Positions 24,251 to 37,885 of a DNA stretch of 64,000 bases are shown here, piece by piece (the stretch's first letter is position 1; every line of letters starts with the position of its first letter). The position numbers were made by a program, and so were the translations under genes. This stretch comes from Octopus vulgaris (Eukaryota). The stretch spans positions 10,354,001 through 10,418,000 of the forward strand of contig OX597838.1 of NCBI GenBank assembly GCA_951406725.2. Direction: 5' to 3'. The notes under the pieces are model-generated. The model was not told the origin of the DNA, searched no databases, and saw only the letters and a program-made list of their open reading frames with translations.

Positions 24251-26518
24251 GTTCTTTGAAGAATTTTAGTTGAACAAACTGACTCCTGTACATTTTTTTT
24301 TAAAAGCCTGGTACTTAATCTATCATGTCTTGCCAAACCACTAAGTTATGGGGATGTAAGCACACCAACACCAGCTGTAAAGCAGTGGTGGTGGGACAGA
24401 CACTAACACAAAGACACACACTCAAATGGGCCTCTTTCAGTTTCCATCTACCAAATCCACTCACTAGGCTTTGGTTAGCCTGACACTTGCCCAATTTGCT
24501 ATAAAGTGGGACTAAACCTGGACCCATGTGGTTGAGCAAAAAGAGTCAATATTGTGTTACTTAGTAGCAAGAAATCATTTTAGATTGGATGGGGTTATAT
24601 TTTTAGCTATAAAGACTATTGGGACATTGCAGAAGCTAGGTATATATTAGAATTGACTATAACTTCTTCCCCAAAATCATAATTAATAATGAGATAATCA
24701 TGTTACTTATTTCAGTGGTTTGTCACATTACTCTGTAAGGAGCATAGGGCTAGTCTCTCTAGCATATATATTCCTCCCTGGATGGGACACCAGTCCATCA
24801 TGGAAATACTCATTTTTACCAACAGAGTGGACTGGAGCAACATGGAATTAAGTGTTTTGCTCAAGAGCACAACATATCGCCCTATCTAGGAATCAAAACC
24901 ATAATCTTAGGATCATGAGTTCAGCACCTTAACCCCTGAGGCATGCACCTCCGCCTACTTATTCCAATACTGAAAAGAAATCCTCAGCTTATGAGGTTTG
25001 GTTCATTCTTTAGTTTAACATTTATACTCCCTTTGAAGAACTCTGATGATAAGCTTGTAAAAAGAACAAAAACATTGCATATTACTAGAGAATGTGTCCC
25101 ACGGTAGTAAAGTTAATATTATTGAAATAAGAGAAATACTCTTCCAGTGTTCTAATTAGTATTCATTTCTGTGTACTTTTTTTAAGGCAATGAACTGGTG
25201 GGATCGTTAGCACTCTCAACAAAATGCTTAGTAGTATTTCTTCCCCCTTTGCATTCTGAACTCAAATTCCACTGAGGTTGGCTTTGCCTTTCATCCTTTC
25301 AGGGTCAATGAAATAAGTATCAGTAGTTAAACATTAGGGGGGTCAGTGTAATCAATTAGCTCCTTCCCCATCAAATTTCAGGCTTTGTGTCTGTAGCAGA
25401 AAGAATTACTGTGTACTTCTTTGAGGTGCACTCTAATTGTTATTATGAAAGTTGTTTGAAGTCTGTCAAGGTTCCAACTTAATCTTTCATTCTCATGATT
25501 AGAAAATGAACAGCAGTTAAATACTAGAGCTGACCCAATCAGCCAAGCTCTTTCTGCATTTGAAATCGTGATAGGCCACATCCAGCCAAAATACTCTACC
25601 TGTTTTATGTTCAAACTGCCTAGATTCAGCTTCTCACACCTTCCCTAAAATATTCTACCAAGTAATGCATGACTAATTCAAAACAATGTGAATAAAGAAA
25701 GCATTACATTTGACAAAGAAATCCGAATACGAAAGCATTAACCAGTTTACAGAATTTAGTTACCTTCTAAATTTGAAATTTTCGGGAGTTGATTCAGTTT
25801 GTTCTCTTCTTCCCTCACCAATTTGTTGTCGCTTGAGCCACTATAAGAAATAGTTATCACTGATGCCTACAGAGGTGGCAGGAATCAGAGTGCCACAATA
25901 CTTATTCTTGAGAGGTAATTTTCATCCCCTCTTAAACATGGACTGAATAAAGTATTCTGTGGTGGTTACCATTAGAGAAATTCTCATGATGGCTTTTTGC
26001 TCCAAAATGCACATGGGGTGGGGGGGGGAATAAATCCAGTGCTAAGATTGTGATTTTGACTTAGTTTGATCATTGACAAGATGAAACAAGGTTAAAATTA
26101 CATGATCTGGAGGTAGCAGGGATATATCTCCCCACTAACAATACAAGCAAGTGCATTTTGCACCAAAAGGCCAATATGGCTGTTTCTTTCATGGTAACTA
26201 CTACAGTATAGTTCTGATAGAACATCCACATTTAAGTGGAGATAATTATTATTTTCTCTATATTAATACAGCCTCTGTTGCTCATATATATTAGTTTTGG
26301 CTGTCTATATTGTGAACTGAAATCATTTTGGAAGTTCAACATTACCTTTTTTTTTTATCCTTCCAGGATTAATGAGCTAAGTCTCTGGGGATGGGTTTAT
26401 TTGATTAATCTCTCCCTGAGTGGATGGAGTAGGATACTGAACAAAATACCTTGTGGTATTTAGTTACATTCTTAGTTCAATTCTTGCAGAAGGTAGCACA
26501 ATAAGATTCAGCATATTA

Positions 26519-26737
26519 TTAACCCTTTCGTTACTGCATTTATTTTGAGATGCTCTGTATTTCTTTCAACTGATTTTAAATATAACAAAGAATTTAGTAA
26601 AATAACTTAGTCATCATTCAACTGGTGTTAGGAACATAAATTGTGACTAAGGTTTGGCGTAAGATTTTAATTCAAAATTTATGAAAGGAAGACGTTTGTA
26701 CTCAGAGCTAGAGCCGGGTTGGTCACGAAAGGGTTAA
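26519..26737. mobile_element. TTAA-flanked piggyBac-type MITE, family A
   Basis: ttaaCCCTTTCGT...ACGAAAGGGttaa; four closely related copies in the window. Confidence 0.8.
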
Positions 26738-27385
26738 GGCAGTGAGCTGGAAGAACTGCTAGCACACTGAGCAAAATCCTTAGCTACATTTCATCTGTCT
26801 TTAAGTATCAGTTGTGAACTAGGTGTTGATTTCAATAACTGCATTTCATCTTTAACTCTCTTAGCATTCAAACCAGCCATATCCAGCTCACATATTCTAC
26901 CTGTTTTATGTTCAAACTGGTCGGATCAGGCTCTCTCACACACAATTCTAAAAATAAATGTTCACATCATAAAAAATCTCAATGCTAAATGATTAACCAT
27001 AACCCTTGTCCTTTAACAAGAAACCAGTTATATTCGTCATCTTTTGATTCCGACATGCCTGGAACTGTCCTTGTTTCTATGTTACAAATTCCATTCTAGT
27101 TTAGATCTAAATTTGAAACCTTCCATCAAAATTTCATGTTAATTTATATTCTAAATAGCAGTTCAATAATGACATGGTTATTTTTACTAAATCCTTTATT
27201 AACCCTTTAAACTGGTCAAATCCAGTCTCTCACACCTACCCTACAATGTTAGTCTAAAAACAATTTTCACTCTCTTAAAATCTCATGGCTACAAGATAAT
27301 GCAGGATAAATTCAAATAAATGTGAATAAATGTTAGATTTATATCTGAATGCTAAAGGGTTAATTTGAAAATTAATTGCCAAGTT

Positions 27386-27757
27386 ATCATCATCATCATT
27401 TAGCGTCCACTTTCCATGCTAGCATGAGTTGGACGGTTCAACTGGGGTCTGTGAAGCGAGAAGGCTGCATCAGGCCCAGTCTGATCTGGCAGTGTTTCTA
27501 CAGCTGGATGCCCTTCCTAACGCCAACCACTCCGCGAGTGTAGTGGTTGCTTTTTACTTGCCACCCGCACAGGTGCCAGACGGAGCTGGCAAACGGCCAC
27601 AAACGGATGGTGCTTTTACGTGCCACCGGCACGGGGTCCAGGCGAGGCTGGCAATGGACATGAACGGATGGTGCTTTTACGTGCCACCGGCACGGAGGCC
27701 AGTCGGGGCGGCGCTGGCAATGGCCATGGACGGATGGTGCTTTTTACGTGCCACCGG
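27386..27757 (-). mobile_element. (ATG)n-tailed retroposon with four internal GGTGCTTTT(T)ACGTGCCACCGG-type repeats
   Basis: Reverse complement of the 4195-4546 family. Confidence 0.8.
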
Positions 27758-28270
27758 TAACAAAATAGTTAATCCTCTTTTTTCTTAACTTATTTTTATG
27801 AGACAGTACTGAACTACGTTGTCAATGGACTGCTTGTAATGCAAGCAGTCAGGTCTGAGTCACCATTTCTGATGAACAAAAATACAAGAAAAATTCTAAT
27901 ACCCATTACATATTGTCACCACTAGATTATTCCAAATATATATATTTCACACAATTTCTAACGATGTGAATTAATCATTGATTCCATTCTGCCTTTGCCT
28001 CTACTTTCTCTTCTTAAATATATGCTTATATCTGCCCGCCACATTTATTTTCTGTTACTATCTCCTTTCTCCTAGTGTTGGTCAATGTTGGATATGAATA
28101 TGGTTAAACACCACCTATTATTTAAAATTACCACACTCAAATTCATTGGATCTTGTGAGAATAGGAGAGGAGATATTCTTCGGTAGCTTGTTTTTGGTTT
28201 CTACTTTAAAAAAAATCCAGTTAATTTTTTAGTAAACTCCAACTTCTAATAAGAAAATTGGTTTTCAACT

Positions 28271-28271
28271 C

Positions 28272-28314
<43 letters not shown>

Positions 28315-28625
28315 CACACATATATATATATACATACATATATATATACACATATATATATATATACATACATATATATATACACACATATATATATATA
28401 TACATACATATATATATACACACATATATATATATATATACATACATATATATATACACACATATATACATACATATATATATACACACATATATATATA
28501 TATACACACACATATATATATATACATACATACATATACATATATATACACATATATATACATACATATATATATACACACACACATATATATATACACA
28601 CATACATATACACACACACACATGC
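28271..28625. repeat. (TA)/(CA) compound microsatellite
   Basis: Visible directly; similar tracts at 10405-10625 and 35720-36095. Confidence 0.95.
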
Positions 28626-29342
28626 ATATAAGTGTACATAGATTGGTAACAAATTGGCATGGTCATTAGACTGTCGGGTACAATGCATTCTATATTCCAG
28701 CTTTCAGTACACCAAGGTCAAAATTGCCTTTCATCCTTACAAAGTTGATAAAATCAAGTTACCACCATCCCAGTCCTGGTACAGACCTTTTTTCCTTCCA
28801 GCTATCACATTCTGAAATTTCTGGGTGAAGAGTGAGAAAGTTAGGAGGGGGTGTCTCTATCAGCCCACAACCACACAGACACCTAAAATCATTAGAGAAA
28901 ACATTGTACTTCTTACTAGTAGCATGTTACACTCTGTTGTAAGTGTCAGCCACATTATATGAATATAAATCTATACACATCTTACACAAAGGTTTTGTAC
29001 CCTTCCCTGCAATGTATAAAGTTCCATTTACCATCTGTACCTTTAGCCGAGATATGTTTATGTGAGTTTGTTTGTAAAAATATTAACTTAAATGCCTTCA
29101 CACTTAACAGTAAAGTGCTACAGCTTTCCAAGCCTTTTTGGCTTTTATCTCTTTGCTGTGTTGTATTCATGGACAGGACACACGTCATCCAGCTGTACAT
29201 AGGTAGCAAGCATGAAGTGCAGATCACTTGTTGATTACAGAAAAGCTGCAGTTAAATTGTCGTCCCTATCAGAACAGGAGATGGGATGTCCATCAGTTAC
29301 ACCCTGGTAACAGTGTTTGATAAAAAAAAAAAAAAAAATGTA

Positions 29343-29801
29343 CGAGGGCTGCTGAAAAGTTTTGGGTTTTGAGTAAAAGAAAATACTGGAACACCAGTTA
29401 AGATTTTATCCACCATATTCCCTTCTCAGATTCACACACTTATTGCAGAGGTCCTTCAGTTTTTCTAAGCCCTGTATATGAACTCAGAAGGTTGGGCCTC
29501 TGACCAGGCCTTTCACAATATCCTTAACACCAGGAACTTTTCAGCACCACATGATGTATATATATATATATATACACATATATATAATGAATGGGGTACT
29601 GAAAATTCCCTGGTTTTGAGTAAAAGAAAATACAAGAGGATCCAGTAATTATGATTTTATCCAACATATTTCCCTGCCAGATTCGCATACTGAGGTGATC
29701 CTTCAATTTTTATAATCCTTGTAAAAGAACTCGGAAGGCTGGGCCTCCAACCAAGCCTTCTGTGATTACCTTGAAGCCAGGACCCTTTCAGCAGCCCCTT
29801 G
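29343..29801. mobile_element. Two tandem ~210-bp mariner-type MITE copies
   Basis: ta-CGAGGGCTGCTGAAAAG ... CTTTCAGCAGCCCCTTG-ta outer ends; the body (gagtaaaagaaaatac...cagattc...gggcctc) occurs twice, separated by a (TA)n run. Confidence 0.7.
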
Positions 29802-30177
29802 TAAATGACCACTTAGGATTTAACTGTCCTACTCGTCATTAATATTGTTCATACATTCATTGGTTTTTTTCCCCCTTCACCCTTGTTCATAAATTGAAGA
29901 CTTTAGCTTTTTCTCACCTGCAAGAACTAACAACACTCAATGAAATGACTGTCTTTTGCAAGAGATAAAAACGAGACTATTCCATTGCGGAAAAAAATGA
30001 AATGGTGAAAAACAAACACAAAAAAAAGTAAAAGAAACTGGAATTTTAATAAATACTATATCTGATTTATTTACCTTTTTTTTTTTTTTTTTTTTTTTTT
30101 TCACTTTGTGATTTTTAAAGTGAAATTATTATTGGAGATTAAGTGATTTGTTATTTTATTGTTGTTGTTGTTATTAT

Positions 30178-31285
30178 TAAGGGGTTGATCTGGCAGAATT
30201 GCTAACACACCAGGCATTATACTTAGCAGCATTTTGTCCATCCTTAAATGTTCTGAGTTTTAAATTCCGCAGGTCAACTTTACCTTTCATCCTTTTAGGG
30301 TCGATGTAATCAACTTAGTGTCTTCCCCCCAAAATTTCAGGCCTTGTGCCCGTAGTAGAAAGGATTATTATTTTTAGGGTGGTGAGTTGGCAGAATCATT
30401 TGCAAAACTGTAAAATTGCTTAGCAGTATTTCAAATTCCATTTCATCCTTTCACGGATGATAATTAAAATACCAGTGAAACACTGGAGCTGATGTAATCA
30501 TTACCTTTCATCCTATCAGGGTTGATGAAGCCAACTAGTTCACTCACTCAAAATAACAGGCTTTGTGTCTTCAGTAGAAAGGATTATTATTAACCCTTTC
30601 GTTACTGTATTTATTTTGAGATGCTCTGTGTTTCTTTCAATTACTTTAAATATAACAAAGAATTTAGTAAAATAACTTGGTTATCATTCAGCTAGTGTTA
30701 GGCACATAAATTGTGACTAAGATTTGGTGGAAGATTTTAATTCAAAACTTACAAAAACAAGACTTGTATGTAGAGCCGGGTTGGTATCAAAAGGGTTAAG
30801 GCGGTGAGGCTGGCAGAATCGTTAGTATGCTGCACAAAATGCTTAGTGGTACTTTTTCCAGCCTTTTATTCTGACTTCAAATATTATCAAGGTTCATTTA
30901 GTCATTCATCCTTTTGGAATCAATAAAGTAGGTACCAGCCAAGCACTGGGCTCAATGTTATTGATTGGCCTTCTCCCAAAATTTGCAACCATTATTACGG
31001 TAAATGAGCTAACAGAATCTTTAGTATACCAGACAAAATGCTTAGCAGCATTATCTTCCAGCTTTACTATCCGAGTTCAAATGTGTCTGAGGTTGACTTA
31101 GTCTTTCATCCTTTTGGGGCCAATAAAATACCAGTTTAGCATTGAGGTGGTGGGGAATGTAATTGAAAGGTCCTCCTTGAAATTTTCAGGCCTTCTGCCT
31201 ATAGTAGCAGAAATAATTGTTATTCTGTTGAGATTGACTTTAAGGTGGTGAGTTGGCAGAATCTTTATTATACCAGACAAAGCAC
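30178..31285 (+). mobile_element. Head-to-tail array of SINE family B units with a nested TTAA MITE
   Basis: Unit starts near 30180, 30377, 30799, 31000 and 31243. Single copies also at 9098-9320(-), 19466-19670, 25185-25410, 38155-38267, 44172-44365, 51110-51262(-). Confidence 0.8.
30590..30799. mobile_element. TTAA-flanked MITE, family A
   Basis: Same termini and body as 26519-26737. Confidence 0.8.
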
Positions 31286-32805
31286 TCGCGCATCCGCACC
31301 AGCTAGTCATGACTAATCGATCCTTACTTTGTGTTTTTGTGTATTATTTACTTTGTTTAAAAAATTATTCACTTTACTAGGTAGTCGTTGTAGGATCGAC
31401 TACTTACGACTAGCTAGCGCATCAGGACCACTGTTCGCTAGTAGTACCCACGCATGCCCACACGTATAGTGGGTTTTATTTATGTATATTATATTACAAT
31501 TAATATTTTTACTCTGAATGAACTTTTCGTCTTCCTACTATTAATAAGTGTTACAGAGTTACTTCCCTTACAATAGAGTCATTGCCAACTTCTAACTAAA
31601 AATTCCATTCTCAAGAAACAGTCTTTCGAAATTTTTTAGACTGTCCGGAAAATTTCTATATACTTGTGAATATATGTCGAAATGGTTCATTTTTGACCAG
31701 ACATCGATGTTGAGCAATTTCTTCCAGACCTACACTATTTAGAAAACAAAATATTTGTCTTGAAAATATCGCATCAATTTTTTTGTCCCGCATGTCACAA
31801 ATGGTAAAAGGGAATTATAACCACAGGTATTCTTGTCTAGTAATCTCATTAGTATTTTTGGGAAATCCTGAGGTCAATGTGACACCAAGAGTCTTTTTAT
31901 GCCGTTCTGGAGGAATTCAGGTGGAAATGTTATTTGGTGTAGTGTCATGTATGTTGCAACTCAGCATACATTGCAGGTAAAAAAATTTTTCTTTAATACT
32001 CACCTGGGCCAAGTATATTAAATGTTTCTATGGATCTTCATTTCCCCCTAGACTATGGAGTGGGATTTCTGATTGATGTGGCTGCTATTTTTAGCATATT
32101 AATCATCAACCCCTAGACATTACTGTCTAGATTCCTGGAACCCATAGGGCTGATTACCCAGATCCATGGACTCTTAGTAACTGAGATCACAATATTCCCA
32201 CCTGAAAGGGCCGCCTGTCCCTTGCACGGTTACCCATTGACAGTTAAGTGGACTGGAGCAACATGAAATATAATGGTTTGTTGAAGAACACAGGGCACTG
32301 CTTGGTCTAGGAATTGAAACTATAATCTTGCAATTGTGAGAACTACTCCTTAACCACTAAGCCACGAACATGTTCACTTTCTATGTCGGCGATTGAGGCC
32401 CTTGCTGTACTCAAGAAGACCAGCAGAAGCGTTAAGGCTGACCATCCCCTGGTGAAGAGGATCAGCCTTGCAAGAGTCATGTGCCGATGCCACATAAAAA
32501 GCACTCGTGCCAGTAACAGCACCCATGTGGTGCCATGTAAAAGCACTCAGCGCACTCTGTGAAATGGTTGGCGTTAAGAAGGGGCATCCAGCAGTAAAAA
32601 CCGAGCCAAGACAGAGTGGAGTTTAGTGCAGTTCATCCAGCTTGCCAGCTCTGGTCAGACTGTAGCTCGACACAAGAAGCCAGCACCATTTTATGTGAGA
32701 TCTCGCCGGCAGTCATTACCATGTCTGAGACCATTGCGATACCTCGCCTACAACCATGTTTGGTATGCACAAGACCACAGCAAGGCTCTCATGGGCGACA
32801 TCTAT

Positions 32806-33033
32806 TTAACCCTTTCGTTACTGTATTTATTTTGAGATGCTCTGTGTTTCTTTCAATTACTTTGAATATAACAAAGAATTTAGTAAAATAACTTAGTTAT
32901 TTTTCAGCTGGTGATAGGAACATAAATTGTGACTAAAGTTTGGTGGAAGATTTTAATTCAGAACTTATGAAAATAAGACATTTGTACTCAGAGCCAGAGG
33001 TGGTTTCAGCCGGATTGGTATCAAAAGGGTTAA
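32806..33033. mobile_element. TTAA-flanked MITE, family A
   Basis: Same termini and body as 26519-26737. Confidence 0.8.
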
Positions 33034-33458
33034 GGAGGCGTATCAAAAAGGAGATTCTCTCTCTCGCATTCGCGCTCACACTGAACAACACTGCAAGCTG
33101 GCAGCTCACAGCGGATTCTTAACCCACTCTAGCTTTACCCGTTATCTCCAGAGGTAATGTACCTCACGTGAGCGGAACAATGACGGACCATGCGCTGCCC
33201 TACAGATGGTCGCCAGGAGCGAACCCCCATGACTGAGAACTAAAATAAAGCAACCATTGAATTGCATCTGCTCGTAAGCTTCTTCTTCTTCTTCGAGTTC
33301 CAGATCCTAAAACTACAGAAAATAATTGTAATACGAGAAGGAGATACTCTGCAGGTATCCTGAACCTTCTAGTCTCATTATAAAACCCTCCAACCCATGC
33401 CGGCATGGACAACAGATGTTAAATGATGATGATGACGCGTATGTATGCATGATAGATA

Positions 33459-33492
<34 letters not shown>

Positions 33493-33932
33493 CATGGCAA
33501 ATCTGTACAAATTCATATGCATATGTATGCCAGCATATTTGTGAATGGATTCACATATATTTTGTGAACAAATACGAGTATGCATGGCCTGAAAGAGTAT
33601 TAACAGATACACACCTGTTTCCCCAAGCAAATACACACCTATGTGTGCGGACAAGAAGGCAAATAAGGCAGAAAGAGTTGTCCCCCTTCAACCGCTGAAA
33701 CTCGACTTTTTTCTTACTTCTTTTTTCCCAAAAGACCTTTCCATAACAACCGATCGCAAAAACTTAATTACCACCTGATTCACCCAAATCCAGTTACAAA
33801 GGCTTTGGTGGCCTGAGACTATATAGTAAAAGACACTTGCCTAAGGTGTCACGCAACGGGACTGAACCTGGAAATATGTGGTTGGGCAGCAAGCTTCTTA
33901 TCACACGGAGGTGGTGATTATGATGATGCTCT

Positions 33933-34317
33933 CTCTTTTACTTGTTTCAGTCATTTGACGGCGGCCATGCTGGAGCACCGCCTTTAGTCGAGCAAATTGA
34001 CCCCGGGACTTATTCTTTGTAAGCCCAGTACTTATTCTATCGGTCTCTTTTGCCGAACCGCTAAGTGACAGGGACGTAAACACACCAGCATCGGCTGTCA
34101 AGCAAACACACACACACACACATACACACATATATATATATATATACATACATATATACGACAGGCTTCTTTCAGTTTCTGTCTACCAAATCCACTCACA
34201 AGGCATTGGTCGGCCCGGGGCTATAGTAGAAGACACTTGCCCAAGATGCCACGTAGTGGGACTGAACCCGGAACCATGTGGTTGGTTAGCAAGCTACTTA
34301 CCACACAGCCACTCCTG
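33933..34317 (-). mobile_element. tRNA-derived SINE, family A
   Basis: Reverse complement of family A. Confidence 0.88.
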
Positions 34318-34894
34318 ATTATTATTATTTATTATTTTTATTATTTAGAGTGCTAAGTCTAACATGTTGCCAGGTTTAACACCATCAACTGGTCTCTGAG
34401 TGCATCGCCAGTTATCTCTCTTGTCTGTGTTTTACCTGCAAATGTTTAGGTATTACATCAGCCATATAGAACTCACCAGTTTGGCGGGGGAGTTTACGAC
34501 AGTCATGAACACTGTCCCTCTTTATTTGTCTAACTTTTAACAAATAACAAAAACAAAGCAGAAAAAAACTAATGCAGTACCTGTCAAAAACGATGGGGTT
34601 TATATGAATATGGAATATATTATGCAAATATGATGTAATGAATATATATACACATAAATGGAGATGTGTGTATGGGAGTGTAGATGTATACAACTACACC
34701 CATCTGTAATAAAATGTCAACTCTTTTGTAGTTTTCCTCAAGTGACGATGATGAAAGCATGTATAACTTTCATTCTATCAGTTTCCATGTCCCAACCCCC
34801 TCCAACAGCATTTGTTACTATATTTACAACATCTCTTTCTCTCTCTCTCTCTAAAACTCATCAATGCTTCTCTCCTTTGTAGTCAAACAGTTAT

Positions 34895-35046
34895 TCTCTC
34901 TCTCTCTCTATCTATCTATCTATTTATCTCTATCTCTCTCTCTATCTATTTCTCTCTCTCTCTCTCTATCGATCTATCTATCCATCAATCTATCTATCTA
35001 TTTATCTATCTATCTATATATATCTATATCTATATCTCTCTATCTA

Positions 35047-35113
<67 letters not shown>

Positions 35114-35116
35114 TTA

Positions 35117-35153
<37 letters not shown>

Positions 35154-35188
35154 CTCTCTCTCTCTATTTATCTCTCTCTCTTTCTCTC

Positions 35189-35219
<31 letters not shown>

Positions 35220-35250
35220 GTCTATCTATCTACCTCTGTCTCCGTCTCTG
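34895..35250. repeat. (CT)n/(ATCT)n compound microsatellite
   Basis: Visible directly; similar tract at 61790-62180. Confidence 0.95.
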
Positions 35251-35633
35251 TCTGTCGCTGCTCCTTCACTTATGACATTGCTTTTTACTTGCTGCTACCT
35301 TCTTTCTCTTCTTCCTCTTCCCTTATCTCTGACGTTTTCCCCCTCCTTTCAACATATGTCACACCATCTACTCACTTGTTCTTCAAGCTCACTATCTTGA
35401 CACACACACTCTCTCTCTCTCCTTTGCTTGTTCTCTCTCTCTCTCTATCTGTCTTTTTATTAACCTGTCTCCCCGTCTCTCTCTCTTTCTTTATTGCTTT
35501 TTGCAAACATGACATTCCAACAGAAAGTGTGGATGTATATGTGTATGTGTGTGTGTGTGCATGTGTGTGTGTATGTGTGAAGCTGTTTTGCATTTCTCTC
35601 TCCTTCTCCTCATGTTTTAATTCTCTCTCTCTA

Positions 35634-35667
<34 letters not shown>

Positions 35668-35757
35668 GGGAGAATTCACAAAAACAAAACACACACACAA
35701 ATATACATTCATATCTACATACACACATGCATACATACACATGTGTGTGTGTGTGTG

Positions 35758-35791
<34 letters not shown>

Positions 35792-35815
35792 ATATATAAT
35801 ATATATGTATATATA

Positions 35816-35885
<70 letters not shown>

Positions 35886-35996
35886 GCATATATATATATA
35901 CATGCATATATATATATACATGCATATATATATATATATACATGCATATATATATATGCATGTATATATATATATGCATGTATATATATATATACA

Positions 35997-36050
<54 letters not shown>

Positions 36051-36053
36051 GTA

Positions 36054-36097
<44 letters not shown>

Positions 36098-36589
36098 TTC
36101 ATTCCACTCATTATATCACCTCCTCTTTCAACTAACATTCCTGAACCGTAACAAAAACTAATAAAAGAAAAGAAAAGAAAAATAATAATAATAATAATAA
36201 TAATAACAACAATAATGATAATAATCAACACAAAAAGCAGACCATTTGACTTTTTATATTCAAGAAAATGGGCAGAAATAAAATAAAAATTACTTTGTCA
36301 TTGTGCGTTTACAATGCAAATTTCAAAATTACTGAAGTCCGACTACTTTCAACATCTCATCATCGTCCGTCCTCTCTTTGATGGTCCTCACCATTATACC
36401 TGGCTTGGCTCTGTGATGCTGTTGGCCTTTCGGTTGGTTCCACATTGCAACATGGTCTTCCTTGTCTCTCTCTCTCATGTTCTCCATTCAACTACTTTCA
36501 CATTGTAACACTTTTCTGTACCTGTTTGTTGTTTTCATTGTCACAACTGGAGTGGGTTGGCAGTGTTCTTCATACTACACCCCACTCTT

Positions 36590-37115
36590 CAACAATCACC
36601 ACTGTCACTGCTGTTGCTACAACCTTCACCACCACTACCAACACCAACAACAACAACACCAACACAACCACCTCCACCACCACCACCACCACCACCACCA
36701 CAACCACTACTGATACTACTACCACACTGTCAGCGTCACCGTTATCACTGCCACCATCTCTGCCTCCACCTCCACCACCACTGCCACCACCGCCACTACT
36801 ACCACTCTGTCATCGTCACCGCTGCCATCAGCACCATCTCTGCCACTACTACCATCATCACCACTACTACCACCTCAACCTCCACCACCTCCTCCACAAC
36901 CACCACCACCACCTCCACCACCACCACTGCCACCACCACTACCACCTCAACCTCCACTACCTCTACCACAACCACCACAACTACCACCACGACCACAACC
37001 ACCACCACCACCACCACCACTGCCACTACCACCACCACCACCTGCACTGCCACCACTATCACCACTGCTACCATCATCACTGCCACCACCACCTCAACCA
37101 CCACCACCACCATTG
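36590..37115. repeat. Degenerate (CCA)n tract
   Basis: Visible directly. Confidence 0.92.
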
Positions 37116-37462
37116 CAAGCAACACCCTAGTTCTGACACAAACAACTTGCAAGCCTTAACAACTATTTTGCATGACACGTGTAACATTGTGATTACACAA
37201 ACACAATAATTTTTTTTACAGAAATTTTGGGACAATTTTTAGGCCCAACTCTTTGTTAATTTGAACAATTTTGTTTCTTTCGGAGGAACCAAAGTTTGGT
37301 GAAGCTGGACAATTTTTCGACTCATCAGCCAATTCCTCAATTTATCAACCTAGGAAAACGTGTAACAAAAACACAGTGTTGATGAAATCATTCTTTTAAC
37401 CTTTCAGCTCCATATTTCTGTTGAAATACGATGCCATTGTTTCAATTACTTTTGAAAAATAA

Positions 37463-37628
37463 AGGCGCAGGCATGGCTGTGTGGTAAGTGGCTTGCTAAC
37501 CAACCACATGGTTCCGGGTTCAGTCCCACTGCGTGGCATCTTGGGCAAGTGTCTTCTGCTATAACCCCGGGCCGACCAATGCCTTGTGAGTGGATTTGGT
37601 AGACGGAAACTGAAAGAAGCCTGTCGAA

Positions 37629-37672
<44 letters not shown>

Positions 37673-37885
37673 CGTGTATGTTTGTGTGTCTGTGTTTGTC
37701 CCCCTAGCATTGCTTGACAACCGATGCTGGTGTGTTTACGTCCCCGTCACTTAGCGGTTCGGCAAAAGAGACCGATAGAATAAGTACTGGGCTTACAAAG
37801 AATAAGTCCCGGGGCCGATTTGCTCGACTAAAGGCGGTGCTCCAGCATGGCCGCAGTCAAATGACTGAAACAAGTAAAAGAGTAA
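37463..37885 (+). mobile_element. tRNA-derived SINE, family A, full length
   Basis: Complete head, (TA)n/(TG)n middle and tail. Confidence 0.88.

Noticed and set aside
27540-27757. CRISPR-like array: ~25-bp repeats with variable ~30-bp spacers (also 4195-4380)
   Set aside because: The spacers resemble each other, the repeats are internal to a dispersed retroposon, the context is eukaryotic and there are no cas genes.
37300-37335. Hammerhead ribozyme core on the minus strand (CTGATGA-gtc-GAAA)
   Set aside because: Helix II is only 3 nt and helices I and III do not pair convincingly. Partial motifs at ~50200-50260 and ~11000-11050 also lack a complete core; an Infernal search would settle it.
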